Shown here piece by piece: positions 18,280 through 26,012 of a stretch of DNA of 49,740 nucleotides; the first letter of the stretch is position 1; every line of letters starts with the position of its first letter. A program made the position numbers and the translations under genes. The notes beneath the pieces were generated by a model. It did not search any database, had not been told where the DNA came from, and worked only from the letters and a program-made list of their open reading frames with translations. The stretch is from Candidatus Woesearchaeota archaeon (GTDB lineage: Archaea; Nanobdellota; Nanobdellia; Woesearchaeales; CG1-02-33-12), in the NCBI GenBank assembly GCA_018399355.1, contig JAGYOA010000001.1:1-49740 (forward strand), read 5' to 3'.

Positions 18280-18759
18280 TTATCTTTTCAGAAAAAATAT
18301 AATATCTTTTTCCTCTTCTATGATTTTTTTCAATTTGAAAATACTCATTATACTCTTTTCTATCTCGCTGAATTTTGATGATCTTTTCATTACACTCAAA
18401 ACAACATCTTTTTTTGCCACTCTTTTTATCTCTTCCAATCCTTTTTTTATATCTTTGAAATTATGCACAGCAGTAACTGAAATAACATAATCAAAGCATC
18501 TGTCTTTAAATGGAAGCTTTTCAGCATATGACTTCATGTAGAATGCATCTTTTGCCTGCTTAAGCATCTTTATGCTTGGATCTACACCAATTTTAATGCA
18601 GTTAAAAGGCGATGTGGATATTCCTGTGCCGCACCCAACATCCAAGAGAATTTCGTGTTTTTTCGGCTTTATGTTTTGTTTTATTATGTTTATTTTATTT
18701 AATTGCTCTTTTTTATGAAGCTCGTTGTAAGATTTTGATAATTCGCTGTAGTAATCCAT
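18280..18759 (-). CDS. Class I SAM-dependent methyltransferase (type 11-like)
   Basis: Motif I 'LLDVGCGTGIST', 'FDYVISVTAVHN'. I prefer ATG 18759 (MDYYSEL..., 1 nt after the upstream stop). The track N-terminus to 18858 overlaps the upstream gene. Confidence 0.85.
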   Translation of the reverse strand: MDYYSELSKSYNELHKKEQLNKINIIKQNIKPKKHEILLDVGCGTGISTSPFNCIKIGVDPSIKMLKQAKDAFYMKSYAEKLPFKDRCFDYVISVTAVHNFKDIKKGLEEIKRVAKKDVVLSVMKRSSKFSEIEKSIMSIFKLKKIIEEEKDIIFFLKR

Positions 18760-18760
18760 T

Positions 18761-19780
18761 TTAAGAAAAACTGCCCCATGCTGTGACATTAACTGCTTCA
18801 TTAAGAACATTATATCTTGCAACATGGTAGGCATCAAGCTTGAATGGATATGTTTCATTTGTTATTCCGGTAATATTATAAAGCTTTTCTCCGTACATAG
18901 TTCCAGAGTCGCATGCATCGCTCCAAAAGCAGAAGTCGACATAGCTTTTATCTTCAACTTTTTTGCATAATGTCTCATTTACAAATGATTCTATACCGCA
19001 GCATTCTGAAAATTCTGTTGAATTAAAAAACCTGAATAAGTAGCTTGATGCATTTGGTTCATACATGTATGTTCCGCTGTTAGCATGAATCCTTAATGTA
19101 TCCACATTCCATTCAGTTGAGTTAAAGGGTGTTGCATTTATTTTCCTATGTGCTGGGCTGGTCGGATTAACTAAGAATAAAGGATCATTAAAATCTCTTA
19201 AGTCTAAGAATATTGTAAATGTTTTTGTTCTGTTCCAATATGCAACATCTGCATCAACTGAATATTCTAAGGTTAAGTTAATTCCAATATACCAAGGTCC
19301 TGTATCATTTGTTTGAAAAATATCCACTTCAATATCCTCTTTTTTAAAATCTGTTCTTAGATTAAAAAAATTTTTAGATGCTTGTTCTATTCTGTTTAAC
19401 CTATATTCAAAAGTGTTTCCATTCATCAAGCTTATACCATATCCTTCATAAAGTTTTAATCCTTTTATTGAACCGTTAATAAGCACTTCCTTAAATGTAT
19501 CATTAAGTTCTTTCTCGTTTTCAAGAAAATTTCTATTTCTTTCAATATATAACAGAATTGAATTAAGAGCATTATGGCTCGATGTTTGAAGAGAAGCCTT
19601 AATATAAGATTGCTCTAAATTTCTTACAAAGTTACTCGATGTCTTAACTCTGGATGATATAGTAGGAACCCTGTTTTTCGATGTAAAATTTTCGTTGGAT
19701 GAGAACGCAATGATTAAAACGCTTACAACAAGAACTGCTATCAAGGTGAAGAACACTCCTTTTTTTCCTTTTATTGCCAT
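18761..19780 (-). CDS. Pilin-like protein (~340 aa) with class III signal peptide
   Basis: From ATG 19780: 'MAIKGKKG|VFFTLIAVLVVSVLIIAF' has a basic stretch, Gly, then a hydrophobic helix. Cys-rich C-terminus. 10-nt overlap with the upstream gene. Confidence 0.7.
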   Translation of the reverse strand: MAIKGKKGVFFTLIAVLVVSVLIIAFSSNENFTSKNRVPTISSRVKTSSNFVRNLEQSYIKASLQTSSHNALNSILLYIERNRNFLENEKELNDTFKEVLINGSIKGLKLYEGYGISLMNGNTFEYRLNRIEQASKNFFNLRTDFKKEDIEVDIFQTNDTGPWYIGINLTLEYSVDADVAYWNRTKTFTIFLDLRDFNDPLFLVNPTSPAHRKINATPFNSTEWNVDTLRIHANSGTYMYEPNASSYLFRFFNSTEFSECCGIESFVNETLCKKVEDKSYVDFCFWSDACDSGTMYGEKLYNITGITNETYPFKLDAYHVARYNVLNEAVNVTAWGSFS

Positions 19781-20283
19781 GTTCTCACCTCTGCAAGGTA
19801 TGGTCCCCACATAGTTGAATTATCTAACTGCCCAAATATTAAATTTTTGTATGATATAATCAGTTCTGAATCTTCTACGGTTCTCTTATCGCTTGTGTAA
19901 TTAAACAGTACATGATTTGTTGTATTTATAATTAAGATCTGGAAATTGTATGTAGATGGAATAACTCTTATGAAAACTTTTTCTGTAAAATTTGTTGCTG
20001 TTTCATTCATTTCTCGATAACAAAATTCTCCTATTTGTTGCAATACTGTATTTTCAAATCTTGTTATATTTCCATTTTCTATAAGCTCATTTAAATAAGA
20101 ATTATCACTTAATTCATAAATCTTGACAGAATATGTTGTTCCTATAACATCCTGGGATAGAACTGATGTTTGCATTTCATATGGTTTGTTTGACCTTGCA
20201 AAAAGAACCAAAGCAATTCCAATTACTATTATACTTGTTGCAATAAATGAATCCAATGTAAAAAAATAGCCTCTTTTTTTCAT
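19771..20283 (-). CDS. Pilin-like protein (170 aa) with class III signal peptide
   Basis: 'MKKRG|YFFTLDSFIATSIIVIGIALVLF'. TATA-like ATTAAATATAAGC (20303-20315) about 26 nt from the ATG. Confidence 0.7.
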   Translation of the reverse strand: MKKRGYFFTLDSFIATSIIVIGIALVLFARSNKPYEMQTSVLSQDVIGTTYSVKIYELSDNSYLNELIENGNITRFENTVLQQIGEFCYREMNETATNFTEKVFIRVIPSTYNFQILIINTTNHVLFNYTSDKRTVEDSELIISYKNLIFGQLDNSTMWGPYLAEVRTWQ

Positions 20284-20333
20284 TGTGTAATTTGATTTAA
20301 CAGCTTATATTTAATTGTTTGTAGTTACAAAAA

Positions 20334-20672
20334 TTACCTACATTCTCTTGCTATTCCATCATAACCAAAGCAGTACATTCCGTTTATTTTTAAAGGCTTT
20401 CCTTGCTCATCCTCAAAATAAATCAGAAATTCTTGATCCATTCCTGTCTCCTTTCTCAGCTCTTTATAATCTTTGTTCATAATAATTTCCAGCGATTGCT
20501 CATCAATTTCCTCTCCATTAACCAAACTGTGAACTATGTTATTTATCTCTGATTTAGCTTTATAGTTATTGTAAGCTGATGAAATAAAAAATATTGTTAA
20601 AAAAACTAATAGAATTACAATAATAAATTTTGCTTCATTTCCTTTTTTTTTGTTTGATTTTTTGATTTTCAA
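20334..20672 (-). CDS. Small N-terminally anchored protein, paralog of 22085..22513
   Basis: TTG start 9 nt after the vWA gene stop. TM 'FIIVILLVFLTIFFISSAY'. C-terminal 'YKELRKETGMDQEFLIYFEDEQGKPLKING' matches 'YEEIRKELGIKGDFYIHFEDEQGNLIYIDD' in 22085..22513. Confidence 0.6.
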   Translation of the reverse strand: MKIKKSNKKKGNEAKFIIVILLVFLTIFFISSAYNNYKAKSEINNIVHSLVNGEEIDEQSLEIIMNKDYKELRKETGMDQEFLIYFEDEQGKPLKINGMYCFGYDGIARECR

Positions 20673-20681
20673 CCACTTTTT

Positions 20682-22007
20682 TTAATTCCAAACATGTGTG
20701 ACCATTCTTACAATTCTTCCTCTCCAGAAAACAAGTCTTGTTATTGTTACAACATTTTTTGCGTCATCAGGAATCTTAACAATCATGTTTTTGCTATGTA
20801 AGTAAGGCTGTTGATTAACAGTGCCACAACATATAATCTTATGGGTTTCATTAAATGACTCTACAACCCCCACTACTCTATTATAATGAGTTGTGCATGC
20901 TTTTTTTGCTCTTTCATCTCCTGGATACTCTGAATAGAATTTGCATCCGTTTATTCCATCACAATCAGCATGGCATCTTGGTGTTACATCTGATTTTTTG
21001 CTGCAGTCTGACTGGCAGTCTATTATTTCTTCGATAATCGTAAAGTTAATTATAAAATCTGCTAGACCCATATCCAGGTAAAATGTAAAATTTTCATTAA
21101 CTTCATTGTATCCATCTTTATATACAACTATGTCATGTTTTCCTGGTGGCACATTTTCGATTATATATTCTCCAGTTTCATTAGTTACAAAGGTTAATGG
21201 TTGATCAGGATTATCAGGATCTTTGACTCCAATTATTTGCACAGTGGCTCCAGAAACAGGATTACCTGACTCATTTGTCACTATTCCTGTCACTATTGCA
21301 GTACAGAGCTTTTTTGCCAGATCAGCTAATTTTTCAGTGAAATCATCAAAGTTTTCAACATCAATATAGTCATCCTCATTTCCCGAGATATCTGATGAAA
21401 TTGCCTTCATGTTTGATACCTTGTCACTAGGTATGCCTATCCCAAGGGCAATTATTCTCACACCGCTATCATTGAGTTCTATAGCCCTTCCAACAGCAGC
21501 AGCAATAGCTTCAGATTCGGTAGCACTACTGCCTGCAGAACCAATCCTGTTAGGCATTCCATCTGAAGCAAATATAATCAAGTCAGGATTAGCAACCCTA
21601 TTCGGAAACTGTTCTCCTGCTACTTCAAGTGCATGTTGCCAATTAGTCCATCCACCACTCGCTATAGAATTTATCTTAGTTTTAAGGTTGTTTAGACTAG
21701 TAGTAAAATCCTGAACTAAAAACCCTTTGTTGTCAAAATCTACAACAGCTATCTGAGATGGAGTGTCTGGCAAAAAATGCTCAACAAATTCAATGGCAGC
21801 ATTTTTCATAAGGGGAATTTCTACAGTATCTTTAATACTTCCTGAGCTGTCAAGCACAAGCGCAATGTCTCCTCCGCAAAAACCCTCTGATTCAGCGCTA
21901 ACATTTAATGCCGATGTAATTAAAGCTATAAAGAAAATTACCATAAACTTAAGATTTTTTCTTCTGTTTTCAGAAAAATTTATTATCCTTAATCCTTTCT
22001 CAAACAT
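20682..22007 (-). CDS. Secreted von Willebrand factor A (vWA) protein with CarboxypepD_reg-like beta-sandwich and Cys-rich C-terminal domain (candidate pilus-associated adhesin)
   Basis: Signal 'MVIFFIALITSALNVSA', MIDAS 'DIALVLDSSGSI' (DxSxS), 'IIFASDGMPN', 'VTGIVTNESGNPVSGATVQIIG...PPGKHDIVVYKDGY'. TATA at 22032-22040. Confidence 0.85.
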   Translation of the reverse strand: MFEKGLRIINFSENRRKNLKFMVIFFIALITSALNVSAESEGFCGGDIALVLDSSGSIKDTVEIPLMKNAAIEFVEHFLPDTPSQIAVVDFDNKGFLVQDFTTSLNNLKTKINSIASGGWTNWQHALEVAGEQFPNRVANPDLIIFASDGMPNRIGSAGSSATESEAIAAAVGRAIELNDSGVRIIALGIGIPSDKVSNMKAISSDISGNEDDYIDVENFDDFTEKLADLAKKLCTAIVTGIVTNESGNPVSGATVQIIGVKDPDNPDQPLTFVTNETGEYIIENVPPGKHDIVVYKDGYNEVNENFTFYLDMGLADFIINFTIIEEIIDCQSDCSKKSDVTPRCHADCDGINGCKFYSEYPGDERAKKACTTHYNRVVGVVESFNETHKIICCGTVNQQPYLHSKNMIVKIPDDAKNVVTITRLVFWRGRIVRMVTHVWN

Positions 22008-22031
22008 CTTTTCTTATATATTTAGTTTATG

Positions 22032-22040
22032 TATATAAAA
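22032..22040 (-). promoter_or_regulatory. TATA box for the vWA gene unit
   Basis: Minus-strand TTTTATATA centred about 29 nt upstream of ATG 22007. Confidence 0.45.
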
Positions 22041-22084
22041 TTTTTGTATCCATTAAAAAGTAGAAATTAAAGGATGGATAAGAT

Positions 22085-22513
22085 TTACTCCTCAACAGAT
22101 TCAGGGACCAAATCATAGTAACCTATTCCTGCTATATCATTTTCATCATCAATATAGATAAGATTTCCTTGCTCATCCTCAAAATGAATGTAAAAATCTC
22201 CTTTTATTCCAAGCTCTTTTCTAATCTCTTCATATCCTTCTTCTGTTTTTGATTTCTCAGCAAGGGTTCTTATATATTTATCATCTATTATCGTTCCTCC
22301 TGAAGAGGTTTCAAATGCATCAGGAGAGGTTTTATCCTCTGTTCTATTTGGAGAAATAATTCGTTCGGGTATCGACTCTGCTTCTTGTTTTAGCTTGCTT
22401 GTATCTGTTTCTTCTGAAGAGATGTTTATCACATAAAAAAAACTTATGACAACAACAATAAATATTAATATCGCAATCATGATGTCCAAAGACCATGTCT
22501 GTGCTTTTCTCAT
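22085..22513 (-). CDS. Pilin-like protein with class III signal peptide and 'FEDEQG' C-terminal domain
   Basis: From ATG 22513 (SD GAGGTG at about 22520-22525): 'MRKA|QTWSLDIMIAILIFIVVVISF'. The track N-terminal extension overlaps the upstream gene. Confidence 0.7.
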   Translation of the reverse strand: MRKAQTWSLDIMIAILIFIVVVISFFYVINISSEETDTSKLKQEAESIPERIISPNRTEDKTSPDAFETSSGGTIIDDKYIRTLAEKSKTEEGYEEIRKELGIKGDFYIHFEDEQGNLIYIDDENDIAGIGYYDLVPESVEE

Positions 22514-22526
22514 TATAACACCTCTT

Positions 22527-22955
22527 TTAAGAGCAAACATTAAGACATACAATACCATCCTTTTTAACTATTTCGTTTTCTCCATAGTAAACAACACCAA
22601 CAACATTCTTAGGCAGGATTGTTACAGTTTCATATGTTTCTGTAAAATCAACATATTCTAAAACAAGTTTAGAATAATTTGATTTAAGTTCTGTTGAATT
22701 TATAAGCTCAACTGAATAATTTATTCCTTTTAATTTAAATGGAATGTTAAATGTCCTTCTGTAACCATCCTCTACACCTGAGGCAAGAACAATCTCGCTT
22801 TCTATAACAGAGGTCATATCTTCTATTAGCAGCCTGTCTTTCTCATTTTGAACATCTACCATACGGTACGCAATTACAATCAAAAAAACATTAAAAACAA
22901 GGAACATGACTCCAACTAACAATGTAACCTCTATGGATGATTGCGCTTTTCTCAT
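22527..22955 (-). CDS. Pilin-like protein (142 aa), class III signal peptide
   Basis: 'MRKA|QSSIEVTLLVGVMFLVFNVFLIVIA' with Glu at +5. ATGA overlap with the upstream gene (22952-22955). Confidence 0.75.
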   Translation of the reverse strand: MRKAQSSIEVTLLVGVMFLVFNVFLIVIAYRMVDVQNEKDRLLIEDMTSVIESEIVLASGVEDGYRRTFNIPFKLKGINYSVELINSTELKSNYSKLVLEYVDFTETYETVTILPKNVVGVVYYGENEIVKKDGIVCLNVCS

Positions 22956-23395
22956 CTTACCTCAATTAATACATTATCGCCTTTAGCACTTAATATAACT
23001 TTTTTTGATCCAGGAGAATAGCTTGACTGATTAAATCCATAACAAACCTTTGGACCGCCTAAATATTCATCTGAGGTTATATTAACCCTTGAACTAAAAG
23101 AAATTTCTGAGCCATCTTCAGTTAAAAAAACAAGATTCTGATTGCACCAGATTTCCATATTTTTAACTCCCTTGGGAATTGTCAAATCAAGAGTTGTTTT
23201 TGATTGTCCTCCAAGATAGTAAACATCTTCTGCTGCATCAATTATTTTTTTGCCCATATTATCAATCTGGCTTTTGGCAATTTCTTTTTCAGAGCTGTGG
23301 GAATAGCGGTAAAAAAGATAGATTGATGGGAGAATGACAAGCAAAACAAGTCCTGCAACCATAAGATATTCCATAGATGCTTGTGCTCTTGCCAT
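22952..23395 (-). CDS. Pilin-like protein (~147 aa), class III signal peptide
   Basis: From ATG 23395: 'MARA|QASMEYLMVAGLVLLVILPSIYLF'. TATA ATTTATATAG (23418-23427) about 23-27 nt upstream, implying a leaderless mRNA. Confidence 0.75.
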   Translation of the reverse strand: MARAQASMEYLMVAGLVLLVILPSIYLFYRYSHSSEKEIAKSQIDNMGKKIIDAAEDVYYLGGQSKTTLDLTIPKGVKNMEIWCNQNLVFLTEDGSEISFSSRVNITSDEYLGGPKVCYGFNQSSYSPGSKKVILSAKGDNVLIEVR

Positions 23396-23417
23396 ATTAA
23401 AAAAAATCACTTAAAAC

Positions 23418-23427
23418 TATATAAATC
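23418..23427 (-). promoter_or_regulatory. TATA box for the minor-pilin operon (start 23395)
   Basis: Minus-strand ATTTATATAG 23 nt upstream of the ATG. Confidence 0.5.
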
Positions 23428-23499
23428 TTTGTGTCTACTCTAAAGTAAAATTAAATAAAGATTGATTAAAATAATTGATTAATTAAACAAAAGTCAATT

Positions 23500-23548
23500 A
23501 AAAAACCTGATAAAAATAAAAATTAATTAAAAATTAAAAAGAAAAAGG
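23500..23548 (-). terminator. Oligo-T (archaeal intrinsic) terminator region after the major pilin gene
   Basis: Several T5-T6 runs on the minus strand immediately downstream of the stop at 23552 (plus-strand A runs at about 23501-06, 23537-41, 23543-47). Confidence 0.4.
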
Positions 23549-23551
23549 TAA

Positions 23552-24079
23552 TTACTCTACTGTTGCCATTAATTCTCCCTTGATTGTGTGTTCAAAATCA
23601 GCACAATCAGTACCAGAGGTATCATCACAATATGTCATTGTAATTTCTCCTTTTATTTTACCATTGTACTCACTAACAGTACAACCATATGAATCATTTA
23701 TTTTAATTGTAGTACTTTCTCCATTTGAAATGTGCCTACCCTCTATATGATTGTATGCAGTGCCATCTGTTAAATCACCTGGATCTGAAATATTACAATT
23801 ATTAAAAACAGGATCACCTTCAATCTCTATGCTTCTGATGACTATGCCTGTACCCATACCATTTTCCAGCTTTAGGCTTACATAACTATCAGTTGCGCTA
23901 ACCAAATGATCCTTACAGTACAAACCCATTGGCAGGGTGCATTTTTCCGGCAGAAGGTTCTGCGGATTTAAAACACCAAAATATGCTAATGCTCCGATAA
24001 CAACCAAAACAACAAGGATTGCCCATCCATAGGTCATTAAGAATTCCATGGCAGCCTGTGCCTTTCTTTTTGTAACCAT
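23552..24079 (-). CDS. Candidate major type IV pilin (175 aa), class III signal peptide
   Basis: 'MVTKRKA|QAAMEFLMTYGWAILVVLVVIGALAYF'. Has its own TATA (24134-24143), a strong SD GGAGGAG (24085-24091) and downstream oligo-T tracts, so it looks like a monocistronic, highly expressed unit. Confidence 0.8.
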   Translation of the reverse strand: MVTKRKAQAAMEFLMTYGWAILVVLVVIGALAYFGVLNPQNLLPEKCTLPMGLYCKDHLVSATDSYVSLKLENGMGTGIVIRSIEIEGDPVFNNCNISDPGDLTDGTAYNHIEGRHISNGESTTIKINDSYGCTVSEYNGKIKGEITMTYCDDTSGTDCADFEHTIKGELMATVE

Positions 24080-24133
24080 TTTATCTCCTCCTTTTTAATT
24101 AAAATTGATTATATCCTTTTAATTATCTATTTG

Positions 24134-24143
24134 TTATATAAAG
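24134..24143 (-). promoter_or_regulatory. TATA box of the major pilin gene
   Basis: Minus-strand CTTTATATAA about 55 nt upstream of ATG 24079, followed by SD GGAGGAG (24085-24091). Confidence 0.55.
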
Positions 24144-24156
24144 TTTTCGTTTTCAA

Positions 24157-25191
24157 CTAGCTGATTACAAGACCTCCGAAAACCTTTGAAAGCAAAAATA
24201 CAAGTATTGAATGAACTATAAGGGATATCGCCACAAAAACCGGGATGTATGCAACGCCTGCTTTTATGCTTCCTTTTCTTATCATAGACACTATCATAGA
24301 TGAGAAAACAGAAATTAAAACAAGGGCATACCTTGAAAAAGCAATAAAATCAGAAGGAGGTATTGAAATTTTTGAAACACTAAATGCTAGGTTTACTGCA
24401 GTGCTGCTTGTTTGCGTTGAGCCTATTTTGGTTATAAAACTTCCCAATATAATTAATAGCTGATATGAAAGAGCAAAAAGCCCTGGAGTAATAGTCATTA
24501 CAACAACCATTATAAATATAACATAAGTCATATTTGTTGTAGCCATCTCCTTCTTTAATGCCCTTGTTTCTGCAATATCCTCTATAACTCTATCAATTAG
24601 TTCTCCAACCTGACCTCCTCCTTTAAGCCCTTCAATTATAAGATTAAAAGACCTTTTAAGAATAGGAGAATCATATTTTCCAGTAAATTCCTGTACTGCC
24701 TCCTCTACTTCCTCTCCTGTCATAACTTTTTTAGCGGTTAAACTTATCTCTGTTCCAAGTACTCCAAACTCCGGCTTTATAGCCGACCAAAGTGCTTTTT
24801 CAAAAGCCATTCCTCCCTTAAGGTTTTCAGAAACAAATCTCAAAAAGTCCTCTAAAACTTCTTCCATCTGTGCTGTCCTGTTAAAAATCTTTAAATCAAG
24901 ATAAAAATATATAACACCAAATGAAAATAGTGCCACGAAAGAGGCTATCAAAAGCCCTGCAAAAAAAGAAAATAAGAATAACTTAAGACCTGAAAAAGAA
25001 GTTGCCAAAGGGGTGTAAGCATAACCAAAGAAAAGGAATATACTAAGTAAGACACATACATAAAAAAGTATACCAAAAGACCTATAAGGAACATCAAATA
25101 TTCCTGCTTTCGCAAGGTATTTTCTTAATCCTGGTCTGACTTTCTCAGGAATTATTGCCTTTCCAAATTCATTTAAAAAAAACAATCTCAT
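24157..25191 (-). CDS. Type II secretion system F-domain membrane protein (TadC/FlaJ-like), single T2SSF domain
   Basis: Cytoplasmic T2SSF-like helical domain 'LEDFLRFVSENLKGGMAFEKALWSAI...LKRSFNLIIEGLKGGGQVGELIDRV' flanked by multiple TM helices. ATGA-type overlap with the upstream gene. Confidence 0.8.
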   Translation of the reverse strand: MRLFFLNEFGKAIIPEKVRPGLRKYLAKAGIFDVPYRSFGILFYVCVLLSIFLFFGYAYTPLATSFSGLKLFLFSFFAGLLIASFVALFSFGVIYFYLDLKIFNRTAQMEEVLEDFLRFVSENLKGGMAFEKALWSAIKPEFGVLGTEISLTAKKVMTGEEVEEAVQEFTGKYDSPILKRSFNLIIEGLKGGGQVGELIDRVIEDIAETRALKKEMATTNMTYVIFIMVVVMTITPGLFALSYQLLIILGSFITKIGSTQTSSTAVNLAFSVSKISIPPSDFIAFSRYALVLISVFSSMIVSMIRKGSIKAGVAYIPVFVAISLIVHSILVFLLSKVFGGLVIS

Positions 25192-25817
25192 ATGTTCACC
25201 ATTGGTCTTGATGATTTAATTAATGATATGAAAAAAAACTGCACTACTCCAAGGAAAAAAAGCACTACAAAGAGGTGAATCATTGTTATCTCAAGCTCCA
25301 TAAAACTGGATAGTATAACAATCATTGTAATCCCAAGTGAAGGCATAACGCATGCAATTATCATATAAAACATGACCAAAGAGTTAAGCTTTTTTCCGTA
25401 TTCTTTTATCTCTATTATCTGGTCTTCTGTTATCTGTTTTAGTGTTGCTTTTAATGGGTTAACTACCTCTGCTCCTGTTTTGAGGGCTGTTATTATCTGC
25501 CAAATTATTTTATTAAAGCTTTTAGAAGCATTATACTTTCTTGCTTTCTCAAGAGCTTCCTCTATTGGTGTTCCAGTGCTTATATCATCTACTATTTCCT
25601 TAAAGAATCTTCCTGCAATTCCATATCCTTTTGAAGCATCAATAAGGGCATTAAAAAGAGGAGTTCCTGACTCAAGCTTTACCAAAAGATATCTTCCAGC
25701 AAACAAAACTTCTTTGTTTATTTCACGTTCCCTCTTTCTTATGTAAACCTTAGGAGTGTTTAAAACAAAAAAGAAAATAAAAATTAAAGTAAATAAAAAA
25801 ATAAAGGGAAGTGTCAA
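25188..25817 (-). CDS. Type II secretion system F-domain membrane protein (TadB-like); 5' end uncertain
   Basis: 'LFAGRYLLVKLESGTPLFNALIDASKGYGIAGRFFKEIVDDISTGTPIEEALEKA' is T2SSF-like. The track start is a TTG at 25817, but the frame stays open up to 26000 (see finding). Confidence 0.75.
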   Translation of the reverse strand: MTLPFIFLFTLIFIFFFVLNTPKVYIRKREREINKEVLFAGRYLLVKLESGTPLFNALIDASKGYGIAGRFFKEIVDDISTGTPIEEALEKARKYNASKSFNKIIWQIITALKTGAEVVNPLKATLKQITEDQIIEIKEYGKKLNSLVMFYMIIACVMPSLGITMIVILSSFMELEITMIHLFVVLFFLGVVQFFFISLIKSSRPMVNI

Positions 25818-26012
25818 AAAAGAACCCCTTTGGCTTTCTATGATTACAAAAGAAAAAAAGGTTACTGCAATTGCAGATGAAAAAGAGAGCAGTATTGACC
25901 TTTTAACAAGCTGTTTAGGAGTTATATTTATGTGAGCAATCTTTATATCCTCCCTTATTCTAGGGAATGCTCTTACTATGATATTAACTAAATCTATTAT
26001 TTATACCGCCTC

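Noticed and set aside
18760-18858. N-terminal extensions of several track ORFs (18858, 19810, 22558, 23410, 3435, 4052, 33201, 41062)
   Set aside because: The extensions overlap the preceding gene or leave no room for the TATA box. The internal ATGs are preceded by SD or TATA elements and yield canonical N-termini (class III signal peptides, the methyltransferase N-terminus). Shorter models are preferred.
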